This document shows, one piece after another, positions 13,138-27,587 of a stretch of DNA of 64,000 nt (within the stretch, counting starts at the first letter, position 1; each line of letters starts with the position of its first letter). Source of the stretch: Eledone cirrhosa (taxonomy: Eukaryota); contig OZ024742.1 in the NCBI GenBank assembly GCA_964016885.1, forward strand, positions 283,278,001 to 283,342,000, given 5' to 3'. A model generated the notes under the pieces. It made no database searches and was not told where the DNA came from. It worked only from the letters and a program-made list of their open reading frames with translations. Both the position numbers and the translations under genes were made by a program.

Positions 13138-13325
13138 CAGACCTGCCAACCTCTAAAAACCCAAACAGGGAGTACCATGAAAAAAAAGTGCTCCGAAACG
13201 GGGTGAAATGAAGCAAAATGGGGAGATTTATATAATGAAAGCTATACCCATTTTCACAAGAGAAGACATTTCTCACCCACCCTAAAGTGGGTGAGAGAAC
13301 TCCCTATAGGACGGGGAAAGTTGAC
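13138..13325 (+). mobile_element. ~195-bp MITE, CAGACCTGCCAAC family (copy 1)
   Basis: Homologous to 14644-14837 and to the reverse complement of 20200-20394; hAT-like TIR CAGACCTG(C/T)CAAC. Confidence 0.7.
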
Positions 13326-13909
13326 GCTGCTACACTTGTCATTTGATATGACACTTTCCTATACTACCTAATTAACTCTGTCAGTGACTAGCCAGCATCC
13401 TATTCCGCCAGAGAGAGAGAGAGAGAGTGGAGTTCAGGGATGGGGAAACCCAAAAGTTTAGACGATTGCCATATAGTCCATGATATTTCACGGTTTTTCG
13501 AAAGAGAGAAAACAAAATGTTTTCACAGATGAATGCAAAAAAAAAAAAAAAAAAAAAAATAGAAAAAGCACATTTGCTCAATTAAAGATAACACGAAGCA
13601 AGCGAACTTCTTAACCATTCTGGACCATCACACTAACAGCCTACACAACAACGTATACAGATAGAAGCCGAATGAACGTGATATAATAGAATTAAAAAAA
13701 TGCAATGTTACTTAGCCTGAGTTGTCTTCTAGAAATTCTACTTTAAAATATATTATGAAATACGGCAACGTAATTTAAAATAGCGTCAAATGAGATTTTG
13801 AGAAAATTAAAAATAAAATTAAATAAGAAAAAATAGAAATATTTCTAACTTGAAAAAATAAATAAATACAAGCAAAATAAATAATGCACACACGTAAACA
13901 CACACACAC

Positions 13910-13985
<76 letters not shown>

Positions 13986-13992
13986 ATATATC

Positions 13993-14064
<72 letters not shown>

Positions 14065-14220
14065 TAAATATGAATATATATATATATATATATATTCATA
14101 TATATATATATTCATATATATATATATATATTCATATATATATATATATATTCATATATATATATATATTCATATATATATATATTCATATATATATATA
14201 TATATTCATATATATATATA

Positions 14221-14278
<58 letters not shown>

Positions 14279-14643
14279 TATATATATATATTCATATATA
14301 TATATATATATATACACATGTGTGTGCGTGTACATATGTGTATGTATGCATATATATATATATATGCATACATACACATATGTACACGCAGACACATGTG
14401 TATGTGTGTATAAGAACAGTCTAGCAATACTCGAGGACATTCCACAGTTATATTATATTGAAAACTAAAAGAACGTAAAAAGTGTAAAGAAATCATGAAA
14501 TACATTTTTTTTTTTTTTTTTTTGAAATTATATTTTTTACAAAGTGTTTGATTCTTGAGATTGTGTAAAGACCACACAGTACTGAAGGTGCAGTCTTAGG
14601 ATAGAACACCTTTTCAAACTATATTCTTTGCTATACTCTTTTG

Positions 14644-14837
14644 AAACCTGCCAACCTCTAAAAATCCAAAAGGGGAGTGCCATGAAAAAAAGGGCCTCAA
14701 AACAAGGAGAAATGAAGCAAAATGGGGAGATTTTATATAATGTAAGCTATACTAATTTTCACAAGAGAAGACATTTCCCACCCACTTTGGAGTGGGTGGG
14801 AGATCTCCCCGTCCGAGGGGAGAGTTGACAGGTCTGA
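14644..14837 (+). mobile_element. ~195-bp MITE, CAGACCTGCCAAC family (copy 2)
   Basis: acctgccaac ... gttgacaggtctg. Confidence 0.7.
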
Positions 14838-15229
14838 CTTTCCCACAGAGTCGGATTAAAGCAATTAGGAACCCTGGGCGAGAAAATGTTTGAGGCTTCC
14901 AGTACCGACTCGTAAAAAAGAAAAGAACGAAAGAAAGAAAAACCGCTTAACTCTTGATAGTGTCGTGGGGCCGCCGTCCTGATTTATACCTGCATTTTAT
15001 ACCTGGCGGAGCCAATCACTCTCCGGATCGAACGCCTCCGATTTCTTCCAAAGAAAGAAAGAGAAGCAGAGAAAGTAATGAAAGGAAATAGAGGAAGAAG
15101 CAACTTCAATGCTGGAATGATGAAAAGATGAAAGGCGAAGTTGAACTCGGCGGGAATTGAGCCCTGACCGCAGTCATCCGGGACAAATAAATACTCGCAA
15201 GAAACTTAATGAAAATCAAAAATACATAA

Positions 15230-15990
15230 ACAAACTGTAAAACTAGAAATATAGTTTATAGCACAAGGTGTATAGAGGGACAGTGTAGATATACAACCAC
15301 AACATACATAGAAGAAACGGCTCTCAGTATAGGAGAAAAGATAGAAAGAGTGAAAGAGCGAGAACTACCAACATGCCAAACTAGAAAATGGTAGCTCATT
15401 AGAAATAATTGAAATAAAAATTAGATCTACGTTTAAACACAATGCTTAGCTTAAGGAAGCCACACTTATAACAGAAAACAAACCCACCCTCAATAAGAGA
15501 CATCGGTGAAATATCAGCAAACCCATAACATAGCGACTGATGACAAAAGAAGGTCATATAAGAATAAATGTAAAATAATATACCAACAGGCATACGCCGC
15601 CATCTCAGATAGAATACAGAGGAAGAAGACGTAGAGACACATAAATGTACATACAAACAGACACGTATGCATACATATATCAAACACAGAAGCTTGTAAA
15701 TGTAGCAACACACAAACACACACGCATGCGTAGACCACATACACACCACAAGATGGAGTAAAGCGAACAAGATCAGAACAAAGAAGAGACACAGAGGAGC
15801 ATTGAGAAGGTCACAGGTTGTGTGACAAAAGACCTTTGACAATGAAAAATAAATAGGACAATTAAACGACCACTCGGTTACTAAACTAACAAAGGAATGG
15901 ACTAGTTACTTAACTAATAATAAACTAAAGTGAAACTCATCTGGTGCGAATGTTTTTATTGGCAGCCTGACCCGTCCAAAGTATAACAAT
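15230..15990 (+). mobile_element. Degenerate PLE 3' remnant (GIY-YIG C-terminus plus pLTR)
   Basis: Translates in pieces as NCKTRNIVY..YIEET..EATLITENKPTLNKR (EAxxI....PxLN motif). The downstream 15800-15990 is similar to 19686-19880, which carries an HHR-like motif. Confidence 0.6.
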
Positions 15991-16043
15991 ATATATAAAT
16001 ACACACACGCATATATATATATATATGCGTGTATATATATACA

Positions 16044-16127
<84 letters not shown>

Positions 16128-17104
16128 ATATGTATCTTGGTTGACAAGAAAAGAATGCGATTAATAACTTGTGTGTATCGTAAATTATGTCTTCGATTTC
16201 CTTCCATAGTAAATTTTCCTACGAATAATACCTTGTATCAATAATAGATTAAGTTCTGGATTTCCTTCCAAAGTTAGTTTAGCGCATTATACATATACAG
16301 AGACTACAGCAGGATAATATTATATAGATTAGAAATAATTAAAAGCAAACGATATGCTTTAAATTGATGGAAGCAAATTAAGAGAATGTGCACGAAGAGG
16401 TTATCTCCCTTCGGCTTCTGCTTCTTCGACATCTACCTCTAATTTCGTTGTATCGTATTCGGTATAATTATAGGACATCTCACAGTAATAAAAGCTGATG
16501 ATATATCCATACTACACTTTACAAATCCTTGCATGTGATATTATCATATGTAATGCCTAATATAATTTGGAATAATTTTAATTTCCTTTTAGTAAAATTA
16601 TATCTTAGTAATCTGTATGGTTTTAAAACTCTGAAGATAGTTATTTAGAAGTGTATTTCTTGTAACTCTAGACCACTATCCAGCTCTTCTGATCATGGAA
16701 CCATGGAATAGCTGAGCTAATTTAGTTTATATATTCCACGGTTGCACTATGATTATAGGACTGATCTGCAGCTCAATAATAATCACAAGAACAGCAATTA
16801 CAACAACAACAACAATAATGAAGTCTAATTTAAGCTCAAGGCCAGCAACCCTTTTTATTTTTTTTTTTTAGGGGAAACGGAAGACGGGAGAGGAAAGTCA
16901 ATTATTTCGATCCAGTACTAGACTGCTACTTTATGAAACACGGGAGGGATGAAAGGCCAGTAGTCTGGAGGAAGGGGAAAATCGATTATATCGACTCCAG
17001 TATTTAATTGGTACTTTATTTTAATGATCCCAGTATGATGAAAGACAAAGTTGACCTCAGTGGTATTTGAACTTAGAAGATAAAGAACACAAACAACAAT
17101 AATA

Positions 17105-17309
17105 ATGATTTCTTATATAGGCACAAGGCCAGAAATTTGGGGAGAAGGGAAAGTCGATTAAATTGACCCAGTACATTACTGGTCCTTTATTTTATTGACA
17201 CCGTAAGGATGAAAGGCAAAGCTAACCTCGACAGGATTTGAACTCATATCGTAAAGGGCCGTAACCCTATGCAATACAGCATGTCCAACGCTCTACCGAT
17301 ACTGCCAAT
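17105..17309 (-). mobile_element. SINE family B copy
   Basis: Reverse-complement match to 4619-4838. Confidence 0.75.
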
Positions 17310-17635
17310 AAGATGTTTTAATGGTCACAGTCTTATCATGAAAATACTATTCCCTCACCCACTGGACCGGACGCTAGTCCGATGCAAGGGGTAATCTCCA
17401 GTTGCAATAATAATAACAGTAACGTCGACAACAACAACAACAACAACACTAGCGACATCATCAGTATCTACAATAACAATAACAGCAACAACAATAATAT
17501 TTAGCAGCTTCAATGTTGCGACTATTCAGAGAGCCTCGTTCTGTCTTATTTCCTCCGTGGCGTTTCTTTTCTTTTCTCCGTGGTTTTCTGTGTTTTACAC
17601 ACACACACACACACACACACGCACGCGCACGCGCA

Positions 17636-17672
<37 letters not shown>

Positions 17673-18615
17673 GCGCGCACACACACACAGACGCGCACAC
17701 ACACAGACACACATGCACACACCTCAGTGAAGGCACTTGTCCGAGTGGTTACAGAGTTGAACTCACGATCATAAGATCGCGAGTTCAATTCCTTGTTGTG
17801 TCGTTGAGGAAAATGCTTCATTTTACGATGTTCCAGTCCACTCATCTGGGGGAAAATGAGTACTTGCAACTGGAAGTTACCCCTTGCATCGGACTAGCGT
17901 CCAGTCAAGTGAGTAAGAGAATAGTATTTTCATAAGGCTGTGGCCTCTACCATTAAAATATCTGAGAAGCTTCCTATGAGATGCAGCTTTGTTGGAGGCC
18001 ACCTAAGACCTACAACAATCTAATCTAATCTAATCTGGCCGAGTTCACACTCGCAAATAAGAAGCAGGGCCGCCCCTAGGAGTATTGGATTTGGTGTACT
18101 TAATATTTATTTCGGTTGCTGAATACAATCAGGGGTCGCTGCTTCTCCTGAAGGTCAATAGTTCTCTAACTCGAGCGGGAACGCCTTTCCATTCTCAATT
18201 TGCATTGATCATCTGGAAAGCCGCATTATTTTCAGAACCACTACACCAGTTTTTCGATGCGTGCAGCTGGAACTACTGTCATCCATTGATTTGGCAGGAT
18301 CACAACTCATTTCTGCAGCTGAGTAAACTGGAGCAACGTGAAATAAAGTGTCTTGCTCAAGGACACAACACATCACCTGGTCCGAGAATCGAAATCACAA
18401 CCTTTCGATTGCAAGCCCAATGCTCTAACCACTAAACCATGCGCCTACAACAACAATAACAAAACCAAACGCAGGTGCAGAGAAGGCCCTGGATCGGATT
18501 ATATATATATATCGACAGTCGATCGACTTTCGTCAAATCGGACGGAGGAAACAATGTTTCCGTTGGTCTTTCCAATTGCTAATACTATCCATCGGCTGCA
18601 ACTCCAACTTGAAGG

Positions 18616-18671
<56 letters not shown>

Positions 18672-18797
18672 TAAAGTTAGTCCTTCATCAGTGATCTTCC
18701 AACCATCATTGGTATTTCATCGCTTTGTTGGAAGATCACTGATGAAGGACTAACTTTATTCATATGTAACCCATTAGCAACCACGCAGCACGTTTAT

Positions 18798-18841
<44 letters not shown>

Positions 18842-19685
18842 ATGTTCAAGACCCCAACGGCAGAACTCAAGCCGTTTCGACGGCTATTTCTAGACTAAAA
18901 CAGTCCAGAAATAGCCGTCGAAACGGCTTGAGCTCTGCCGTCGGGGTCTTGAACATATTACTATTACCCACTCTACTACCCTAAGTATACTCTGGTCAGT
19001 TATGGTCCACCTGGTTCCTTACCACACTTCCTTCGTTTTACATGTTATCCATGTGCTACCTGCAGTAATTTTCTCTATATTTTATTACATATATTTACCA
19101 CTGCGATTCTGTGTTTTTTTCTCTCTCTCTCTTACTGTTCCCCCATTCTCTCTGCTTCTCCCCCTCTGTCATGTCAGTTAACTCTTCCTCACACTTTCAC
19201 TCACTCACTGTTTCTCTTCTCTTCATTTCATCCTGTACACCACGAAGGCTATTTTTCTCTCTTCTCACATAGCCTTCGCTCGTGTCGGGTCTGTTCTAAA
19301 AGCGCTCATATATTCACCTAGCTTATGCTAAACAGAATAATTTTTGAAGCTTGTTTCTTTCCCCTACGGTTAGCTATACTCTTTGTTGTTCTCCTGTCTC
19401 ACTCGCTTTACGCGTTTCAATTGTCCTAATAACTTATTTTGGTTATTATTGCACCGACGTGAGGTATATGATTTTTAATGCAATGAAATATCTATGATCG
19501 TCGGCAAATCACTGATGAGGGACTCTTTTTATTACATGTTATCCATGTGCTACCTGCAGTAATTTTCTCTATATTTTATTACATATATATATATATATAT
19601 ATATATAACGAAGGAAGTGTGGTAAGAACAAAATGGCGTAGGTCAGAACAAAGGAGAGGCACAAAAACAAAGAAAAGAATCCCCA

Positions 19686-19728
19686 GTCACTGAAGAGGTC
19701 ACAGAATGTGTGACGAAAGAACTTTGAC
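19686..19728 (+). ncRNA. Hammerhead-like motif (one extra nt before stem II)
   Basis: gtca CTGAAGA g gtcaca-gaatg-tgtgac GAAA gaac TT tgac. Confidence 0.55.
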
Positions 19729-20022
19729 AATATATAAACAACCATCAGGTTGTGGAACCAACCAACCAACCGGATATTTATAAATTCCTAAATTTATAGA
19801 TTTATTATAATAAATTGAAGTGAAAACAACTGGTGCGTGTGTTTCTTATTGGCAACATGACCCTCCCAAAGTATAACAATATCGGTTTCAACACACGTTT
19901 TCAGATAAAGAATCTTGCTAAACAAATTAAGAAACGAAATATATATATATACGGGATAACAGATTATTGTTATAGGTAGTCCACTTCTTTTTTGTATAGC
20001 AAACTGTGTCACTCTTCTTTCT

Positions 20023-20111
<89 letters not shown>

Positions 20112-20199
20112 GGGGGGGGGTTTAAATTCGAGGCCTCAGAATTGCGAAGTAAACTTCATAACCATACAGCCACGCCAACACATGCTATATAGTAGATAG

Positions 20200-20394
20200 C
20201 AGACCTGTCAACACTCACCGTCCGACGGGGAGATCTCCCACCCACCTGAAAGTGGGTGAGAGATGTCTTTTCTTGTGAAAATAGGTTTAGCTTTCACTGT
20301 GTAAAATCTCCCCGTTTTGCCTCATTTCTCTCCGTTTGGGGGCAAGTTTTTTCATAACACTCCCAGTTTCAATTTTTAGAGATTGGCAGGTCTG
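20200..20394 (-). mobile_element. ~195-bp MITE, CAGACCTGCCAAC family (copy 3)
   Basis: cagacctgtcaac ... attggcaggtctg, both TIRs present. Confidence 0.72.
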
Positions 20395-20835
20395 AGATAT
20401 CTTCAAGGACACAAAGTGCAGTCGAGAGTCGAACTTGCGAACTTACGATCGTTAGCTAAACACCACAAAATCACAGGCCTTCGTGCGTCTTTGTTATCCT
20501 ATTCGAAGATTATTTGCAGCTTTTAATAAAATTGGTAGCCATCTTAACTACAACTTGTAAATAACTCGTAAGCCGCGCGCCTTCACTAATATGTTGTACA
20601 GTAGTTTTCTGATCACAAACGCCTACTCCTAATACTTCGGTGTGTAGGTGGTGTATATAATATTTCCGTGTCGGCTTTTGGGAAGTGTGTTATAAATGTA
20701 GTTATTAGTTTTCCCGTTCTTGGCTCGCTAATTCACTTAGCTTCCGCTTTCAGTTGAGAATATTATAAATATAGCTATAAATATAACTTGTTACGGGAAC
20801 AGCTAGAATATTAATATCCATTATTCTTTATTATG

Positions 20836-20954
<119 letters not shown>

Positions 20955-20973
20955 ATGTTTGTATGTATATGTA

Positions 20974-21066
<93 letters not shown>

Positions 21067-21542
21067 GCATCCACACATACACATACATATATATATCTGC
21101 GTGTGTATTGTACATGTATTAATTTTGCTCTGTTTTAAGTATTAATCTAATACATTCACAATATTCCTTTCTAATCTTTTTTCATTTGTGTGTGTTATAT
21201 TTTGTCTTATACATTAATTCCTAAGCATTTGTGCCTTTGTGTTTGGTCTAATTCTCTTATACCTGTTTCTTTATCTAATATAATGTTGGTAGGGGGCCTG
21301 TACGTGGTTGTTGTTCAACCTGCGAGAAATACCAGCCGAATTTCATTCATATCATATACCACGTCATTTTTAAGAAAGGAAAGATATACTGGATAATGTA
21401 GACCTATAGGCTTTTCCTGACAAATGAGGAGTTGGTGACAACTAGAACCCTTTTTACCATGCGCCTGCCTGATTAAGCAGGCCACAGCAGAATTTGAACT
21501 CAGAAATAAAAAAAGATGGAACAAATATTACAATACTATAAG

Positions 21543-21709
21543 CAGTACCGGACTTACGATTGTGCTTAGGTGTGCTTAAACACAGCGCCCCGTTGGCCAA
21601 GAGGTGGGGACATCTTGCCAAAAAAATGTTTTACTTCCTTCAGGGCCCAAGAAAGGGGCCTCATAACTTAACTAGCACAGGGTCACTTTTGTCCTAAATC
21701 CGGCGCTGG
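21543..21709. mobile_element. hAT-like MITE (CAGTGCCGGATTTA type)
   Basis: cagtaccggactta ... taaatccggcgctg. Related ends at 33340-33387 and 53910-53955. Confidence 0.55.
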
Positions 21710-21989
21710 CTATAAGGCATCTCATACGCCGTTCTAATAATTCTGCTGATCCAGGACTCTGGACTGATGTTTCGTTTTATCGACCAAAAAAGATTAAAGG
21801 GTAAAGTTGATGTTAACAGGATTTAAAACTAGAGGGCTGGCTACCAGAACAAATAATTTAAGGCATTTTGTCCAACATTTGAACAACTCTGTCAATTTGC
21901 CAGGTATTTTATGAACATTCATTTTCTGAGATGACTAAACAACACCACCAACAAAAAAAACAATAAAAATAACAACGTCGATAATAATT

Positions 21990-23649
21990 AGGCTGCAAGA
22001 CAAAATGAAAAACGTTTTTTTAGCAAGAAATAATTGGAGCGATTTAATCTAATTTTAGGGAGCTTTTTCTGAATATGAAGTCAGTTTTGCTTCATCACTT
22101 ATAGATTTTGATCTACAAGATACCCACTATGTACCAAATTTACACTAATGTAATGAAGTATGCAGTACGTCAAATGTTCCTATTTGTCCTTTAAGAATCC
22201 CTTTGATTGTCATTTTGTAACAACCTTCAATGAAAGAGCTGTAAAAGTAGATATAACACATATTAAGTCATGTCAATTTTTAAAACACTCTCAATGAGAG
22301 AGCTGTGATGGATGACAAGGAATTTGAAATTCCATATTCATGCCCTTAAAGTCAAGAACAACTGGGTCATTTTATTCAAAAGCTGGAACTTTCTAAGAAT
22401 GATGTTTATCTGGCTGAAACAATGCTTAGAGAATTTGGTGTCATAGCCCAAGGAACCAAGACAACAGCGTGCAGGCGCCGAGAGAAGAAATTTGTTGAAA
22501 TTTTTGACACTTGATGAACTGGGTTTGGTTTATTGCAAGACATCACTGGCTTGATGATTGCATTGAGAATTTCTTCTGATGTCAAAACAGATTGATGGTT
22601 ATTTATTAATGGCAGTGTTTTCAGCTTAAAGGCAGTCCTTTTGCATGTTGGAAATGAGTACCCAAAGACTCTAGTGTGTTATTTGAGGAAGGTAAAAGAG
22701 TCATACGACACCATCAAGATGTTACTTTCCTTGATCAGATATGATGACTTCAAGTGGAAAGCTGGAGGTGACTTGAAGATCACGGTATTTTAAAGTAGAA
22801 ATCAAAACGGCTACATGACGTTTTGCTGCTTCTTGTGTCTGTGGGCCAGCCGGGCTCGAAATGAGCACTACAGTCGGCAGTATTGCCAAGCATGTCATGA
22901 ATGGAGACAAGGGAATAAAAGCGTTCAATAGGTACCACTAGTTTCCCCTGAGCTAATTGTGTTACCACCACTACATATAACAAACTTGGAATCTTCAAAC
23001 ATTTTGTGTAGTCACTAGACCCTGAGGGACAACCAATCAAGATGTTGAAAGATATCTTTCCTCGATTAAAAAGGCGTGTTTTGTTGGACCAGACTCTCGC
23101 CAATTGATGAAGTACCAGATATTCAGAGATTTATTGAATGAAGTTGAATGATGATGCTGCGTAAGTTGAAAACTTCCTAGGAAAGAACTGAAGCCGAATT
23201 AGAAGGCAATCCTAACTGACATGGATTTGTTTGTTGCACAGGGTGTCAAAATATCCTGGGAGATACACATTTTAAAAATACACTTGAATTTCTTTTCTTT
23301 GGACTTGGGTAAGATCAGTAATGAGCTTGTTGTAAGATTTCATTAAGTGATCACTACAGTTGAAACAAGGTACCAGGAATGAGCCAATCCTCACATGATG
23401 ACAGACTTTTGTTGGCTTCACTTTTCTTGAGCTCCATGTTACTGATCTCGACAGTGAAATTAATTCTGTAACTTTTTTGTGGTATGTTTTTTCTAAGTGT
23501 ATATTGTTATTTTAACAGAGATTAATTGGAATTTAGTACATTAATAAATTACAGGCAATGTCCACAAGATTAGACACTTTTTTCTGTAAATGTAGTATTA
23601 ACTAATATCACCTAAAGTAGTGTTTACTAAAAATTAGTGTCAATCAGTG
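21990..23649 (+). mobile_element. Chapaev3-like (CMC superfamily) DNA transposon relic
   Basis: Broken frames give LVYC, LFINGS..SLKAVLLHVGN, KESYDTIK, GDLK, GYMTFCCFLCLW, VLPPLHI..LG, VFVGP, RFH..ETRYQ, DFCWL. The right terminus ends ...caatcagtg (CACTG-type end); the left boundary is approximate. Confidence 0.7.
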
Positions 23650-23729
23650 TTATAAAGTCATATCCCCTTCATGGCTAATTGCCAATAAAAGAAAGTATCA
23701 TCATTGTCCTTATATATTGTTTCTCCATG

Positions 23730-23970
23730 ACAACCAGTACTACCACCAATACCACCACCACTACAACCACTACCACCACCACCATCACCACCACTACCAC
23801 CGCCACCACCACCGCCGCCACCATCACCACCACCACCACCACCACAACAACAACAACAACCACCACCACCACTATCACCACCACCAATACCACCACCACC
23901 ACCACTACAACCACTACCATCACCAGCATCATCACTATCACTACCATCACCACCACCTCCACCACCAAAG
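23730..23970. repeat. (CAC)n-rich trinucleotide tract
   Basis: Directly visible; similar low-complexity tracts at 51050-51700 and (TAG)n at 28486-28566. Confidence 0.9.
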
Positions 23971-24102
23971 AGGTTCTGAAATGGTAGAAGTACATCATAT
24001 ATTTGCATCCAATTATGTGTTGTGTTCAATCCCTAACGTGGCTACCCTATTCTCATTCTACGGTTGATAAAATAAGCAATAATTAAGTACTGTTTTTTTT
24101 TT

Positions 24103-24173
<71 letters not shown>

Positions 24174-24240
24174 AGTGGGGTGAGTGGTTTTCTGATATTG
24201 AAACGCGCGTTTGAGTAGAAAACTTAACTTTAACTAAATG

Positions 24241-24505
24241 TTAACCCTTTCATTATAATATTTCTAATGAAAGACGCTACATATGATATTCAAATCATTG
24301 TAAATATAATCAAGAATTTGAAGATTTGAAGCGATTTAGTAATATAACAAACGTTTTCATTATTAAGCTGGTGTTTTGGAATATAACTTAGTAAATGTTC
24401 TTACATATGACTATGATTGAAGATATTTGAATAACACTTCAAAATAAACTGATTTCTATTGTAGAACCATAAGAGATTTCAGGTGGCTTAGTATCAAAAG
24501 GATTA
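24241..24505. mobile_element. piggyBac-type MITE
   Basis: TTAAccctttcattat ... gtatcaaaaggaTTAA. Confidence 0.55.
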
Positions 24506-24903
24506 AAACTTCACTGCAAACTTGTCATTGAAGATTTATATGGCTGCTGGGAGTGAGAAAATTTTAATCATAAATACAATACAGACCAATAAACATTAAC
24601 TGGAGTGATCCTTATGACTTGTACTTCTTTACATTGAATAATAGATAACTAATTCTACCCTTTCATACCAACAGAAATACTTATTTTTCTGTTGCACGAG
24701 CCGACAATTAAATAGTAATGAAAAGATGATTATGTTTACACTGTTTGTATATATATGTTTCTGGAGTTAAAGAGTAGAAAAGATCTGCTTTTACTAGGTT
24801 GGTGGTATGGAGATGTAATACTACCATCAATTGGTCTGCTCATCAATAATTTTGCTCTCTGAAACGAACTTAAAACAGTGGATTAGTTAACTACTTCACC
24901 TTA

Positions 24904-24977
<74 letters not shown>

Positions 24978-24998
24978 CCTGTTTATGTCACTGTTGTA

Positions 24999-25035
<37 letters not shown>

Positions 25036-25239
25036 AAGAACAAAGTGGAGGTGTTACATTTATTGCTCAATCCTGGTTACAAATATTTCTCAAGCATTCG
25101 GTTCACGATCTGGATTGGCACCCCAGACCAGACTCCAAGTCTGCCTGTTAACATAACAAAAATTAAATCAAATCTGTGGACGAACCAGCCAGACACAAAT
25201 ATATATATATATGTATGTGTGTGTGTGTTTGTATATATA

Positions 25240-25828
25240 TATCGTATAGGCCGGGGTACAAGTCGACATCTTGGAACCTAAAAATATCTCTCCAAAACCA
25301 AGGGTCGACTGTCCGCCGAATATAAAATGTGAACCTTTACTACTGAGGGGTAAACAGTGAAACTGCCTGCCTAACACTCGTTATACACCACTTGCCAAAA
25401 CTCTAGCAGCCCACCACAATTATTTCCTACTGAATCTCATATTTGTTAAGTCTATTTAATGTAAAGATTATAATAATATCAATGACTTGCTGTAGCTCAT
25501 TGGGTAGGTTACCATAGGTTCGTTAAGGTTAGGCTAGGTTGGTTTACTAATAAAACAGTTCAGTTAAATCATTTTGATACCTTTAAAATAAATTTTACAA
25601 TCTTCACATGCATTTTTATTTTACAACTATTTAGTGTTTATTTCCAAGTTTTATATTTTGTGCCAATAAAGAATGGCAAGCGCATCTAGGGCAGAGGAGA
25701 TGGTAGTGCCTTATTTTTGGTGGGGGAGGTCACCTTATCCGGCGAATATAGGCCTAAACCTGAATCACACCTCAGAATTTTAGGGGTCGACCTATGCGCC
25801 GGATCGACTAGTACGCCGGCGCATGCGA

Positions 25829-25830
<2 letters not shown>
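25240..25830. mobile_element. Tc2/pogo-like MITE
   Basis: Imperfect TIRs tatcgtata.gccggggtacaagtcga ... tcgactagtacgccggcgcatgcgata in TA context, with subterminal gtcgac repeats. Confidence 0.55.
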
Positions 25831-25883
<53 letters not shown>

Positions 25884-26749
25884 GGCGGCTGCCAACTCGT
25901 TTTCGAGTACGGCCACTACTTTATATTCATGTAGGAGAACCCCTACCGATGCGCTGAACGAGTGTGACTTTTTAGTCCAGCCAGCGACTTGAAAACTCTG
26001 GTACAAGCACTACACTTGTGACAATTATTGACACATAGTGCTGGGCCCATGGTACCATGTGACTACAAGGGCAGAGAGATCTCCAGATATAAAGCAATGC
26101 CTGTGCCGTGAAGCTTTTATAGTGAGCAAAGGCACTGCACAAAGCCAGTCCCACTCTCTTAACCAAGATGATATTTACCAAAAAGAATATATATATATAT
26201 ATAAATTAAGGATTAAAAATAGAAACCAGGACTATCCGTCATCAGTGGTCTACTAACCATCATAGGTATTTCTTCGCATTACAGACCATATACCTCAGGC
26301 TAGGGCAATGCAATAACTAAATTAAGTTATTGGGATAAAAAGAGTTGGGTGGAGAAAGAGAGATATATGTATATGTGTGTGTGTGTACACAGTTACTTAT
26401 TACACTAACAAATCATGCTTCCAGATACACGTGTTTCATTAACTATATCAAGTTGATATTGCCAAATCTTCAGTGGTGTGCTATATCAACTTTGGATATT
26501 TATTGCGAAATTGAGTTAATTCTATATATAATAGTTAACAACCACCAAATGGAGGAAGACAGACGTTATCAAGCTGTAGCTGTCATATTGTGTGGTTTCT
26601 ATATATTGTTTTTCACTTTAGGCACAAGGTCAGCAATTTGGGGGTAGGAGGAAAGTCGATTAAATTGACCCCAGTAATTATGGTTGTGATGGAGGGATGA
26701 TAGTAAAGTGAGTGGAGGGGATGACGATAGAGGTGCTAGTCATATATAT

Positions 26750-27137
26750 AATTGTTTCTACTTTTGGCACAAGGCCAGCAATTATCTCAGTGTATTACTG
26801 GTACTTTATTTTATCTACCCCGTAAGGATGAAAGGCAAAGTTAACCTCGGCGGGATTTGAACTCAGACCATAAAGGGCCGTAACTCTATGCTACAAAGCA
26901 TGGCGTCCGACCCTCTACCGATACTACCAACTCACAACATAATGAACATACATAGCTTTCGCTTTATTCTATAGAAACAACAAAAGATGGTGGATTGGTA
27001 GTATCAGTAGAGCGTAAGACACCATGCATTGCCGCATAGTTATGGCCCTTTGGGTTCTAAGTTCAAATCCCACCGAGGTTAACTTTGCCTTTCATCATAA
27101 AATAAAGTACCAGTAATGCACTGGGGTCGATTTAATC
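26750..27137. mobile_element. Two head-to-head SINE family B copies (26750-26933 -, 26989-27137 +)
   Basis: Both match the family B consensus in opposite orientations, ~55 bp apart. Confidence 0.75.
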
Positions 27138-27297
27138 ATGGGCCCAGCACTATGTATCAATAATTGTCACAAGTTTGTACCAGAGTTTTCAAGTCGCTGG
27201 CTGGACTAAAAAGTCACACTCGTTCAGCGCATCGGTAGGGGTTCTCCTACATGGATATAAAGTAGTGGCCGTACTCGAAAACGAGTTGGCAGCCACC

Positions 27298-27339
<42 letters not shown>

Positions 27340-27537
27340 CGAAGGAGATGTGGTAAGGAACCAGATGGACCATAACGCACCAGAGTACTCAATACTTAGG
27401 GTAGTAGAGTGGGTAATAGGAAAAAGTATGACCCCCCACGGCAGAGCTCTCAAGCCGTTTCGACGGCTATTTCTGAACTGAAATAGTCCAGAAATAGCCG
27501 TCGAGACGGCTTGAGCTCTGCCGTCGGGGTCATACTT

Positions 27538-27587
<50 letters not shown>

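Noticed and set aside
18668-18763. miRNA precursor or intact hammerhead
   Set aside because: Perfect arms plus a one-sided tail in (TA)n fit a retroelement fold-back; CTGATGA has no downstream GAAA, so no ribozyme is called.
23658-24067. Gly-rich, Thr-rich or His-rich protein ORFs
   Set aside because: All frames of a (CAC)n low-complexity tract.
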